A stretch of DNA of 62,987 nucleotides, counting the filler, from Perkinsus olseni (lineage: Eukaryota): assembly GCA_013115125.1 (NCBI GenBank). It is 5 parts of 5 records of this genome, joined end to end, with 100 filler letters (N's around TTAATTAATTAA, not from the genome) between each part and the next. Parts side by side here need not be neighbours in the genome. Positions count along the whole stretch, not along the records: positions 50,544 to 62,987 come from JABANN010000792.1; 4 more parts are not named here. The stretch is one strand, 5' to 3'. Made by a program: the position numbers and the translations under genes. Of this stretch, positions 51,930 to 62,987 are shown piece by piece; position 1 is the first letter of the stretch, and every line of letters begins with the position of its first letter. The notes beneath the pieces are model-generated. The model had not been told where the DNA came from. It saw nothing but the letters and a program-made list of their open reading frames with translations, and did no database searches.

Positions 51930-54020
51930 CTTTTCCTTAATTTTCTGGGGTCATTTTCTGGGGCTCTAACACTCGAGTTCATTCTCCTTTTCGGAGTTTC
52001 GTATCCGTTCGAGAGAGAATATTGAGCTCAGGGTGGTATCAATTTCGTGGCGCGCGGTCATTCTCTGCAGTTAGCAGCTCCCGTCATGGTGCCGTCGTTA
52101 GCTGCAGATTGTCGCCAGTGTCTTGACTGGCGCCTGCACGACCACACGTTGTTCCCTCGAATTCACGCAGCAGTAGAGGGCTGCCGGGCGGAAGCTCAGG
52201 TAGTGGGGATACGGATGTCGACTCCGGTCCACTCTTCGATCAGGGGATTCGTTAGGGTAGCCGACAGTTTTGTAGTGCTCCCTTGTATTGATTATTTTAC
52301 GCTCGCCCGGTACTCGTTGGTAATTTGCCCCGGTGCCTCTACTATGGTGCTATAACATCATATTCTTCGACGCGCTGGTGGACGAGGATCGCGAACGGCG
52401 AAGGCGATCAGATCTATCTGAGAGTTACCAGCTACTTCGACCACCTCTGGGGGAGCACAGCCGGGTAACAGCGAGTTGAGCTCGCCGTCGGCTGGTCGCC
52501 GAGGCCGGGTCGGATGTAGTTATCGAGCGGGATTGGAAGCTCGTTGAGTCGCAATGCCAGAGATGCGGAGTGTATCGCTGTTGTGGGAAGGGCTGCGAGA
52601 CGGTATGCTCCCGCGATCCGACCGCGGCGGTCGGCACAGCTCGGCTTTTGACGCCAACGAATCGTTGGCGAGTCAGCACTCAACGGCAGCTTCTAGTCGA
52701 TCATCGTTGGCAACGATATGCTGTGATAGTGAGCTAGCTTCTGATTGCTGTTAGATTCCCACAACAGAGGAACGACGTTGAATGCGGCGGCGTCTTCATC
52801 ATCTACTAGGCCGAGTCATTGACGGTGGGAGATACTAGATACTTTCGGTGGTGCGCGTAAGATTTTCCGTGATGCTAAGCAAAGCTTCGAGGCATTTATG
52901 GCCGAAGCCTTCGGCCATGGCAATCGCCGTGGCCCTGATGCGAGGTGGGTATGATGCGAACGGTGCTTGCTGGTTGCTTCTTGCTAATCTAGCAACGCTA
53001 CACAGCGGGTATTACAGACGATTCTTTGCCCTGGACGTAGTATGTAGTAAGTAGTAAGTAGTCGTAGTTGATGTAGTAAGTTACTACAGGGTTGTATTTT
53101 ATCGCAAAGGAGGGTTTGGCGCGCACATCGCTGTGCCTGCATGTTTGCCACCGCCCGGAAGCATTGAGCATCTTCATGGGGAGTCGAAGATAGCGATAAT
53201 TGAGCTTTGTGCTGAGTTGAGGTATGCAAAGTCGCTTCTAGCAGTGGTAGTAGCGAAGCCGGGGTAAGACCGCAGAAAAAACTGTCGAGAACGCTCGGCA
53301 CCTCTACGGTGAACACTAGTCAGGCAGATGCTGCAGTCTAGTTATGTGCCGGATGCCGAGATGCTCTGAAAATTTTCCGTATTTTGAATTTTGTCTACTT
53401 TTTTCTCGCCTGAATATTAGGTAGTCGCATGTTCTTCCGATGTTAGAATCATCGCCTGCACGATGCCTCATGGTTGGCCATGCGGAAAATCGGCCACCAT
53501 TGGTCTCGGCACACCTCGACAGTCGCGATGAATCATGATGGAGGTCACAAGGCAGCGGACTTCATACGAGGTTGCATAGCCAGGTAGTATCAATCTACTT
53601 ATTCGTACGACTCCCGAAGTTGAGGGTTGAAAGCCAATTTTGCATTCGCTTGGGCCGACCAAGCGAATGATCCAAGTTGGGCTATTTTTTGCCAAGTGAA
53701 GAATCAGAAAATGACTTCTTGAAGCGGTCCGGGAAACCCGGATGCTTTCTACGACGAGCTGGGCTCATCGACTGGCAATATTGGCCAGGTAGCCAGTATC
53801 ATAGCAGTAGCCGGTATTAAGCTGGCAATACCAACTTAATCAGCTTGATCACAAACGCGGTACGTGACGTCGGATCTTGTCCTCATAGGACATAGATGCC
53901 ACCTTCGGCCCTTCGGAGTCCTATTCTTGAGTGTGCTGAGAATTCGTCTCTCAGGCACCTGCGTCATACCATTGTCCGCCCCTGCGCTGAACACTGTCAC
54001 TTGAAGATGCTGTGAGAAGT

Positions 54021-54092
54021 GGCATTACCTTGGATTGAACCTGGGACCTTTCGATGTGCAGTATGAGCGCATGGCCTTGTTGAGCATTTTCC
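54021..54092 (-). pseudogene. tRNA-like relic (Cys-like, CT-GCA loop) upstream of pinin
   Basis: Reverse complement ...ACTGCACATCGAAAGGTCCCAGGTTCAATCC...; acceptor stem broken. Confidence 0.6.
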
Positions 54093-54209
54093 ACATGAAT
54101 AATGCACTCTTTCGTTGAGGGGTTTTTGCGACTACTGGATTTTATCAGCCGCATCAATTGCTGTTGGTTGTAATACCGAGGCGGACCCCCTCGCACTACA
54201 ACAGAAGTG

Positions 54210-56694
54210 ATGTCAACTTCGACGGCTAATAAACCAGTGGCGCCTCGTGGTGGCCGCAAAGATGCCTTCTCCTCGACCTCCCCAGTGAGAGGTAAGGGGG
54301 ACAGTAAGGAGAAGGGAGGAGGAGATGAGCACGCCTTGAATAAGGAGATGGATAAACTGATGGAAGAGCAGTAAGCGGAAGGCCCCCGGATCGAATCCCA
54401 CGAGGGGCATTTGTATTTTCTATAGTGCCCGCATTCAAGAACGGTTGGCTGAGACGAAGCCGCCACCTGTCGATTCGAACGAGGTTGGAGGGATCGTGGA
54501 TTACGATCAAGATGATGACGGAGCAGGAGGAGATTCTGGGGAACCCACAGCAGGTGATTATCGTGAAAGATAATTTCGTGGCGCGCGACGGTTTTCGACG
54601 TGATCAGATGGTCGGGCTGGTAGACAGCAGTCTCAACCTCGGCAATCTGAGGAATTAACAGAAGAGCAGCGAGAGAAGGAGGCGAAAGCGAGGTTCATCA
54701 AGAGCGAGCTCGGAGGCTTTTCGGAGGCTAGTCCGCAGGTGGGTGACGCTCAGGCTTCTCATAAGTGCTCAAGTATCCCGGGTACCGTACCCCGCTTCGG
54801 ATTCGAGCTGGATCTTATTCTCCCTTACAAAACACTTCATTTCGATACGGCAAGTGCTAGTGTGGAGTGCGTGTAGAATTTCTCGGCAGCAGTTTATTCG
54901 CAAATAACGGCTGACGTATTTCTTCTCTCATGGTGTGACAAAGTTCGGCTCTCGCGGGTGGTGGGAGTCTGGGTCAGCTTTTTAATAGGGGAACAACTGA
55001 ATGCTTTGGCCATTCTTGTTCATCCTGGCCATTCCAAAGACTTTTCTACTAGCGGCGGGAATCGCACATCATCACAAGGCGCCTGTTGACACTCTCTGGT
55101 GCCATACCCGTCGTAGTACTTCGTCAGTCTGAACGGGTTTCTGTGGTTGATCCTAGATTAGTCCTGTCTCAGATACGAGAGAGCATGAAGAGGAATAGGA
55201 GGATGTTCGGTAATCTCCTTGGGCATCTCGGCAGTGCTAAGCAGAGGCTCGAGAAGGACAGAAAGAGAGATGCGGCTCAACGTGAGAGAAAGCAATTTCG
55301 TGGCGCGCGGTCATTGGACGTGAATTGGTCAGGCCAGGAGGAGTGTGCTCAGAGGGTCGAGGCAAAGCTTGCGAGGCAGCGCAACAATCTGAGAGAAATC
55401 AGACGTCTCGAATGGGAGGAGAGGAGGAAGCAAGATCGCGAACGGCTGGTACGATGGTGGGAGGGCGTACCCGAGGTTGACCCTTGACATGTAACCACTC
55501 AGGAGCAAGTCTTGAAGGAGATGGAAGCTAAAAAGATCGAGTTGCTAAAGATACGCTTGCAGTCACACTACAAGTAATGTGACGGGAGTCGATTCTCTGT
55601 CCCCATTGTCTTATCCCCCTCGGCGTCAGGCAAATGACGGGGTTCATTCGCACCAACGCTCAGCCTTCGGTGTTCTACTTGCCGAAGCATCACAACTCGG
55701 AAAGCAAGGAGCTGTTGGAACAGACGAAACAACAGGTGGTGAATGGATGGTCTTTAGTTTCATGGGCGTATCTTTTTTTTGTTTAGATCGAGCAGAAGAT
55801 CGCGTCAATTCCGTACAGTTTCGCAGAGTTCGGGGAGCCCACTGTAGCGTCTGCAGGAGATGTCGAAGAAGAGAAAGAGGCAGCAGGTAAGGAAGTAGAA
55901 AAGGAAACGGAGAAAGCAGTTGAGGAAACTCAAGAGAGCCCAAGAAAGCAAGTGGATGAGGATATGCGAGAATCCAGCGAGCCCAGTAGAAGTGATAGGA
56001 AACGATCTCGAGGTGAGAATCCCACCGTGAGATCCTCGCTCCTGTACGGAGGTGCAGAGTTTTTCGTTTCTTTCCGCGTGCTTGGGGACTGAGGACGAAG
56101 ATTTCAACAAGAATTTTCTTTTTTTGGCGACGTTTTGGCTGCTCCTAGAAACTGCGATATCATCGGGGAGATACTAGCAGTTTTTGCATATTAGGCGAGA
56201 CGGATGGGAATAGCATGTAACATACTGTACTTACTGTATGTTCACGTTCAGTCCGTGGTAGACCATTTTTATCGTGTATTTTACTATTCTTCTCCTCCTC
56301 AGATTACTCGGGTTCTCCGGAACGATCGAGGTCTCGTCGTCGAAGCCGCTCTCGGTCGAATACCCGCAGGAGATCTTCTCCGTCACGCAGAAGATCTCGG
56401 AGGTCCTCTCGTGATGAGCAGGATGCGTCTGAGAGGCACCGCCGTAGGGCGTCACCATCACGCTCGAGGTCAGCCGGCCGGTCGAGAAGGAGGCGTAGAT
56501 CTTCGGCCTCAAGAGAAAGGAGGTAAGATCTTATTCAGTGGCCTGTTTGAAATTACTCTCTGGCTGGGAGTATCCGACTACGCCAGGAATATCTTTCTCG
56601 CTCGGAAGAAAGTCTTTCCACGTTTCACAGTACTGAGAGTCTTTCTTGGACTCAAGAATAGTCTTTGGTGCCCCTTCATAGGTCCTATCGTTGA
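54210..56694 (+). CDS. PNN: Pinin/SDK/MemA-domain splicing-associated protein with RS-rich tail, multi-exon
   Basis: KRNRRMFGNLLGHLGSAK; FIRTNAQPSVFYLP-type segment; Arg/Ser-rich last exons. Confidence 0.85.
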
Positions 56695-56708
56695 TATCCT
56701 GGAAGGCC

Positions 56709-56740
<32 letters not shown>

Positions 56741-56879
56741 ATTCGAAGATACGTTATTATGCTATTCCCAATGTCGACGACGATGGTGATGACGGTGTTG
56801 TAGTTTTACTTTCCTGAGGAACCTCTCATAGTTGATTTTGGTTAATACTTTTCGGGGATGGAACTCGGGGATGTACTAT

Positions 56880-57075
56880 CTGGTCTGAACTCAGAGAACT
56901 ACCAACCACAATCACTCTCACTGGCCCTCGCCATCACCTCAGGTGATTCACCTGCCATCGCAGTGGTGGACTTGAGTTTGCGCACATCGGCCGAGAGCCG
57001 TGGCTCGCATGTGCCTTCATCACGTTCCGCTGGGCGATAAAGAAAGTTCCCCGAATGATGAATATGTTAGTGCTG
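56880..57075 (+). repeat. Dispersed ~200-250-bp repeat; second copy at ~61505-61775
   Basis: Shared GGCCCTCGCCA.CACCTCAGGT..ATCACCTGCCATC.CAGTGGTGG...TTTGCGC.CATC.GCCGAGAGCC...CGAATGATGAATAT. Confidence 0.85.
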
Positions 57076-59545
57076 GAGGCTCGCCTGTCACGAGGTGTCT
57101 CCTAGTAAGTGGCAATGCTGGTAAAAGTTCGTAGAGGTAAGCGTAGTTACCTGAAGTTTACGATGTTCCCCGCTAGCACCCTATGAACACTATTTGTAAG
57201 AAAGAGTTAGATACCGTTGCGGTGAGAGTGTTGATGCATGGTCCTCGCGCTGCCCGGTGGTGAGGGCAGTTGATGACTTCGAATCGGATGTACGGTACAT
57301 GTACCTCCGTGTGAGGAAGTGAAGACCCTTTTTGTCTTCGCCATTCCGGTCGATAGTACGGGAGTACCTCGTGGACTCATTCTGGTTCGCTCGCAATGCC
57401 AGCAAACCAGATATCGCTCCCTAGGGCGACGTGAGCTTCCGTAGGGTGATGACCGTCCTGGTTCTTAGATTCAGTTCGACAACTTTGAGGGTGGAGGAAT
57501 TGTTCCACATCAGTGCGAGGCTCGTTTGCGACACACGAAATGCTAGATTGCTCCTGTCTGAGCTAAGATCGGCCGATTGCAAAGTGGTATCTTCACTCTT
57601 GAATACATGATCCGAGGATGAAGAATCTCCATTGGAGATGACTGCGAAGCCAGCAAGCTCCGGACTATCCCTGCTAGTTACATCCTAAACAACGAGAACG
57701 ATGAGACTTTCCGACAGCCGTCACCCATATCAGCGGGTGAGTGGCAACCTGAGGTTGCCAACCTCTCCGTGTAGTGACAGCTGGTGCGTGGTCGGGCTCA
57801 TACAGACTCTATTCGGCAATTCTTTTCTTCGTGCTAGGACATTGCTCTACAGCCGCGAGGCGCACGCGAGACTCATCCGGATCGTCCCTTTTCCCGGCCC
57901 GGGGGCTCCGGCCCATGAATGGCGGAAGAGGCGGTGGAGCGAAGGCAGAGTACCTCCTGCCGTACTGTGAGAAGCTGCTTCAAAAAGGGGTGAAGAGGTT
58001 ACTGTGCAACTTTGCATTCAATTTGCAATTTTGCTTCAATCACGCCCAAACATTGTACCCTCGTTGCTCAGCTATGTAAGGCATGCCAGTCGGAGCCCCA
58101 ATTCGAATGTTTAAGGATTGAACTTCAACCCGCGATTTGTAGAATAAGGAGAGCTTACTCAATGTAGGCTGACGTTGTGAGTGTTTCGTACTTGTTAGTG
58201 ATATTGTTGGGCTCTACTAGATTGGTCTTTCATAAGATCAAACTGGTTTGGGGTTTTACTAATTTGATCTGGGCTTTATTGAATTGCTCTGGGGTTTTAC
58301 TAAGTAGGTCGGGAAATGGTGTAGATGCCATCTTATACAGCTCAAAATCGAACAGTAATGAGTTGCGCAGTCAAAATTCGGACAGCTTCTAGAGATACAG
58401 CGTCGTTCAATACAGTGTCCACCGATACAGCGACAAGTCGTTGAGGATTCAGCTATATGCGTAAAACTAGCAGTGCTAGGCTAGGACGATGAACCGACAC
58501 TCCATGGTGGGACACCGCGCACGCGTGTTGTGCTTCTCCACCTCTACTGTTGTTCTTTTCTACCTGTGAGGCTCGGCCTGGCCGTCTCAGCGCCTGAAGT
58601 TGTGAATCTGGATCTGTAACTCTTGGGACAATACTACACAAGATTATGTGAGTGAAGGTGTCGTTCAGGGCTGTCGCGCCTTGCCCGCATCTGCGCATGC
58701 GTGCCAGGCGGTCTAGCTTAAACTAAGCTAGACCGGCCATGCATCTGCCTGCCTCCCATCAGTGTTTGGGGAGAATGGGGGGAATGTTTTAGGGGGCTAA
58801 TTTTGGAGTATCATGAAATCACTGGCCCTCAACAAAGAGTCAACATTGTACGAGCTGATTTGGCTTAAATTAACTCATATAGTGTCGGAAAGCACAAAGA
58901 GAGGGGGGGGGGGCGGGAATCCGAGCCTCGGATTCCAAGAAGAGACAACGCGTGCGTGGGGCAGGGCAATTGATGCCAGCAACAGTGGCACACATTCTGC
59001 GCCTTTTCAAACCGCCCAGACCAAAGGTCACAGACCTTTGAGTGGATGTGAGGCGAGAGAATCAGTTGTTGGAACGATCACAGTGAATACACGGATGGTG
59101 ACGACGTCGCCGTGACGTGACGCCTTGGACGGGCCTGATAGTGCGCCACCGAAGCTTCCTGAGCGGAGAGAAAACTCCCATAGCGATATATCCAAGAAGT
59201 TTTCCGTTATAGTTTCAACTCTATGGACGTCGGCGATAACCTCGAGTATCCAGTGAAGCAATCAGCAGGACCTTTGAAGCAAGGGAAGTCCCGGCTGTAC
59301 GCCATGCCGGCAGGTCTCGGAAGGAGACAGCGCCTGTCTCCCACTGGCTAAGCTGTGTCGGAGCTCCTACCGAGAAACCGTGCACGCGTGCATACGGTCA
59401 TTTTCGCGTTTCAAAAAGCACCAGAATATGAGGTTGGCCGGGGCCATGCTCAACTCGGGCAGCTGCCAGCCCTTGGCAACAGTCTGTCCTCCTCTTGGTA
59501 GTTCTTCTCTCTCCAGTATTTTATCCTTCACTTCTAATGCTTGTA

Positions 59546-60439
59546 ATGAGACTGATTCTGTTGCTCCCGTTGGCCGCAGCCGAACTGCGTTCATCCCATC
59601 ATGGGAAAGGGGGCAACGCCTGTAACGATCTCTGCAAGCTCATCCCTGGATGCTCTAAAAAAGGCTCCCACTGCAAATTTCCCCCTAACCCGAAACACCC
59701 CGCCCTGTGTCAAGATTTGTAGGTACACTCGGGATTTGTTCGAGGCCTAGGCCCTTTGTTTTAGGCACTTCGTTAAGGCTCCTCACTCCTCTAATGCGAC
59801 GGCGTGCTCAGTATGGGCCAGTGGATCGAAGTGTCCAACGGATTATCCAGTACGTTGTGATGACATTCAGCCGTGTAAGTAGCTTTCCATGATCTCCCGC
59901 GAACCAGACCTGAAATTTCTCTCAGTTGACCCCTACAGGAAGCCAAGATTCCCTCACAAGGCTCACGCTAAGCTTGAGGGTTACGGCAAGAAGAAGGGCG
60001 ACTACGGACACGTCTATTTCGAGGAGGAATATTACGATAAGACGAAAGTCACCTACGAGATTCACAACTTGAAACCACACGGTGTTTATGGCATGTACGT
60101 TCATGAGAGGTCTTCATTCCACCCTCACGGTTGCAAGTCCACTGGTGGCGTCTATGACCCCTTCTACAACGGCCCTAAATACGGCTATTCTAAGAACAAA
60201 GCTGTTGGTGACCTTGGTTACATCAAAGCTGATGCTCGCGGTGTTGCACACGGTCATTTCTATCACCAATACGTGATGGTGGAGGGTCCTATCTCTGTCG
60301 TCCATCGTCCGGTTGTGTAACACAACTTGTGTTGCACTATAAGGGCGATGGCAAGTACGACGGCAAGTACGGTGGCAAGTACGATGGCAAGTACGGTGGC
60401 AAGTACGACTATCTGGCTTGCGGCGAGATAACCGCTTAG
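59546..60439 (+). pseudogene. Secreted Cys-rich domain + Cu/Zn-SOD-like fusion, 3 exons, truncated by a 14-nt palindromic insertion at 60312-60333
   Basis: Signal peptide, CNDLC...GSHCK...CQDL...CP...PVRC, then SOD fold (YVHE, GCKSTGG, VGDLG, SVVHRPVV); removing 14 nt restores VVLH...LACGEI*. Confidence 0.85.
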
Positions 60440-62135
60440 AGGTTAACGGTGATACTACAAGGAGATCGACTCAAGGTCGAGTGGTACTCCTAATTCAGCT
60501 TATCATCGAGGGGCTTCGTCCCATTCTATTGCTCCAGGCAAATCGCTACCTCGATACCCAGTAGTTTTTCGTTGTAAATCGGGAAGAGGTCTACAGTCCG
60601 GTACACGATTGACCTGCGGGGAGTTCGTATACTGATGACAGTCATTCCTCGAGACTTTGACTACCAACAGCATTAGAATTATTCCGCTTGCGTTTAAACT
60701 GCACACAACAAATGAACTCGTTTATCGATTGATGACTCATCAATGATGAGTAACTTGGCCAGGTCGGCCAGCCCTAGCTTGTAGTCGACTCAAGTCCCAT
60801 TTTTCTTGTCGAGCGATTGGTCGAGGCAATTGGGCACTTGACTTACTAGTGATTTGTTATAAATGTGGGCACAAGGCAACCTCGTGTTGCCCTCAAGTTT
60901 GAAGCATCTCGCTGCACTGTCCGGAGACTCTGGTGTCAGCGTTCAACGATGCACGAAAGAGGGTTTCAGCACCAGTAGGCACGCAGAGCAGCACTCTCCA
61001 ACGAGCCACAGCCCAATAATAGAATTGAGAATTGATAGCAATCATCTACTAGTCGCAGCTCTTGGCAGAGCAAGAGTGGGGGTGTATTTACTGCTCGTAT
61101 GTAATGCTAAGGTCGCCAAGGTTCGGCTCTTGGGCGCTTCTTGTATCTTATCATTATGGCCGTTTGCAGTAGTTCTGGGTTCCAGAGAGTCTCCGCTGCC
61201 ACCGATTAGGTTCCGCACCGGCTTCCTGTCATCTACCCAATATGACGGACTCGACTTTCTGGCGAAACTGCGTCTTACGATGGAGCAATTTGCAGCCCTT
61301 TAACAAGACAGCTGGTCGAGAAACTCGGTGTTATATATCGCTCTTATAGCCATGCAGATAACCCGGAAAGCGTGGCTGGCGCACATTCATCGAATAATGG
61401 AGCTGCCCGAGAGTGGTACGGATACCGAGTCGAGCGATTCCTTTGTTTCTGTCAGTATCCGAGGCCGAGAATCATCTGACGAGCCTATGAATGAGGAACA
61501 CTATGCACTCTGAAGTTCAGAGTCTGAACTTCAAAAGATACTCAACGCATTCACTCCCACAGGGCCCTCGCGGCGAGGGCCTCGCCACCACCTCAGGTCA
61601 ATCACCTGCCATCACAGTGGTGGCATTATTCCACTAGAATAGACTTTGCGCGCATCCGCCGAGAGCCCGCAGTACCCCGAAGTGCTCTGAACGAGAAGCT
61701 GTCTGTCGCATGTCCCTCCGCCGTGTAACGGTGAGTGTTGAAAAAGTCCCTCGAATGATGAATATATCAGTGCAGGACGTGTGTCTGTTGCTCCTGGTCG
61801 CTATCATAGTCAACCAAACACTTCGTCGACGCAGCTTCTGGTAGTGATAATAGCAAAGGGATCAACCAAAAGTATTGCGCCAATCAATCTCGTACTTGCG
61901 TGCTGCAGCTAGTGTAAAATGTTGAAGAATGACAAGGTGACAAGTTGATACCATACTGAGTCCGCGTACAGCAACATGTCTGTCACGAGATGGCTGGTGC
62001 TGCTCAACTCTAGCAAATATGATTGAAGTTTCTTTGTGGTGGTATCTCGCAAACTCCAACTCGCAAACGCAACAAACATGGTTGATGATCCGACAGCATT
62101 GCATGTACGCAATTAATTCCGCACTTCTAATGTAC

Positions 62136-62603
62136 TCAATGATGAGATAAAAGGCCTATCAATGGCGCACCTATCACCACCAGAGATGTATCTACTAATG
62201 TTCCACAAGTTGCTTCAGATGTGATCTTCACTTCAGCCTCGACCTGTGGACTGAGATCTGGCGTCGTCTTCTGTGTCAAAAGAGTTGCCAGAGCTTCTCC
62301 CGCAGTGACACCAGGCACGCAAACGTGTCCACAAGCATTGGGGCAACAAAGTACATCATCACCTGAGAGAGGAATAAAATCCGACCCGGTCACACAGCAC
62401 GAGTCACAAGTCGTCGCTCACAAGGGCGGGCTTTCTGCTTAGGGCGGCTTCCACTCCTTACCGCAAAGCTCGCCGGGCAAGCACATCTCCACGCAGATAC
62501 CCATGAATTCCGGGAGAACCGGTGGACAAACAAGATCTGTCTTCGAATCCAAAATGCCTCCCACGAAGTTGATGACAGTCGCCAATAGGAGAACAATCTT
62601 CAT
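62136..62603 (-). CDS. Secreted WAP (four-disulfide core) domain protein, 2 exons (62603-62462, 62362-62136)
   Basis: MKIVLLLATVINFVGG signal; CPPVLPEFMGICVEMCLPGELCGDDVLCCPNACGHVC has the 8-Cys WAP spacing; hydrophobic C-terminus. Confidence 0.8.
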
Positions 62604-62987
62604 GGGAAGACAATAAATATCCTGAAGGGGGATTGTCCTTATGAGGATCGGACCGATCCCGGTACCGGGTACCCCGATTCTGCTTCAGGGTCCCTGAAGC
62701 CGTACAACCTCTGGCACTGAAGGACTCTGTCACTGACAGGCTGTCAGTGACAGGGCCTCTGGCCTACCGATGAAGCTGTAGACTATCATAGTCTGACTAT
62801 GACCTACATGACCCGCAGCTTTGATCATCTGAGGTCGCGCCGGTCGCGGCGCAGACGAGCGTTTCACAGGTGTGGCGAGCGAGAAATTTTCGGCGCCGTT
62901 GATCGACTTCAGCGCTGTGGCGGTCCAGTGGTTGACGAACTCGACATGGGAAATGAGTGGGATCAAAAGTTAATCTTCTTATCTTAT

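Noticed and set aside
51581-54092. Functional tRNA genes at 51581 and 54021 (also 264 and 15107)
   Set aside because: Acceptor and anticodon stems do not pair; treated as relics.
56880-61775. The two repeat copies as LTRs of one retrotransposon
   Set aside because: Copies are quite diverged, I saw no TG...CA ends or TSD, and the interior holds a host SOD-like gene rather than gag-pol.

Overview
Eukaryotic, intron-rich genomic DNA, most consistent with a Perkinsus-like alveolate. This is inferred from ~45-60 nt GT-AG introns, lineage-typical small secreted proteins and a Cys-rich secreted domain; no database search was run. The window is not one locus. It is five ~12.5 kb contigs in descending length order, joined by artificial 100-nt N44-TTAATTAATTAA-N44 spacers. 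Recognisable genes: a frameshifted secreted ABC-type solute-binding protein, PP1 inhibitor-2, two paralogous small secreted proteins, a TPR/Mlp-like coiled-coil protein, TRAPP Bet3, a hemerythrin-domain protein, a J-domain protein, dynein light chain roadblock, KIN17, CstF-64, DIS3/RRP44, a signal-peptide methyltransferase, AP-1 sigma, a LicD protein, a PLP aminotransferase (3' part), pinin, a Cys-rich/SOD-like fusion and a WAP-domain protein. The strongest unexplained signal is a stereotyped 22-nt scar: an 8-mer minus its last base, then its full reverse complement, then the 8-mer minus its first base (net +14 nt). I found it exactly 16 times, plus variants. Unscarred paralogous sites are present in the window, and the scar or a variant knocks out three secreted-protein genes. 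It matches hairpin-type (hAT-like) transposon excision repaired through the 8-bp target duplication. Two further patterns: many short spliceosomal introns consist largely of tRNA 3'-half fragments in either orientation, and a 15-16 nt motif AATTTYGTGGCGCGYG recurs 8 times on one strand, in promoters and introns.
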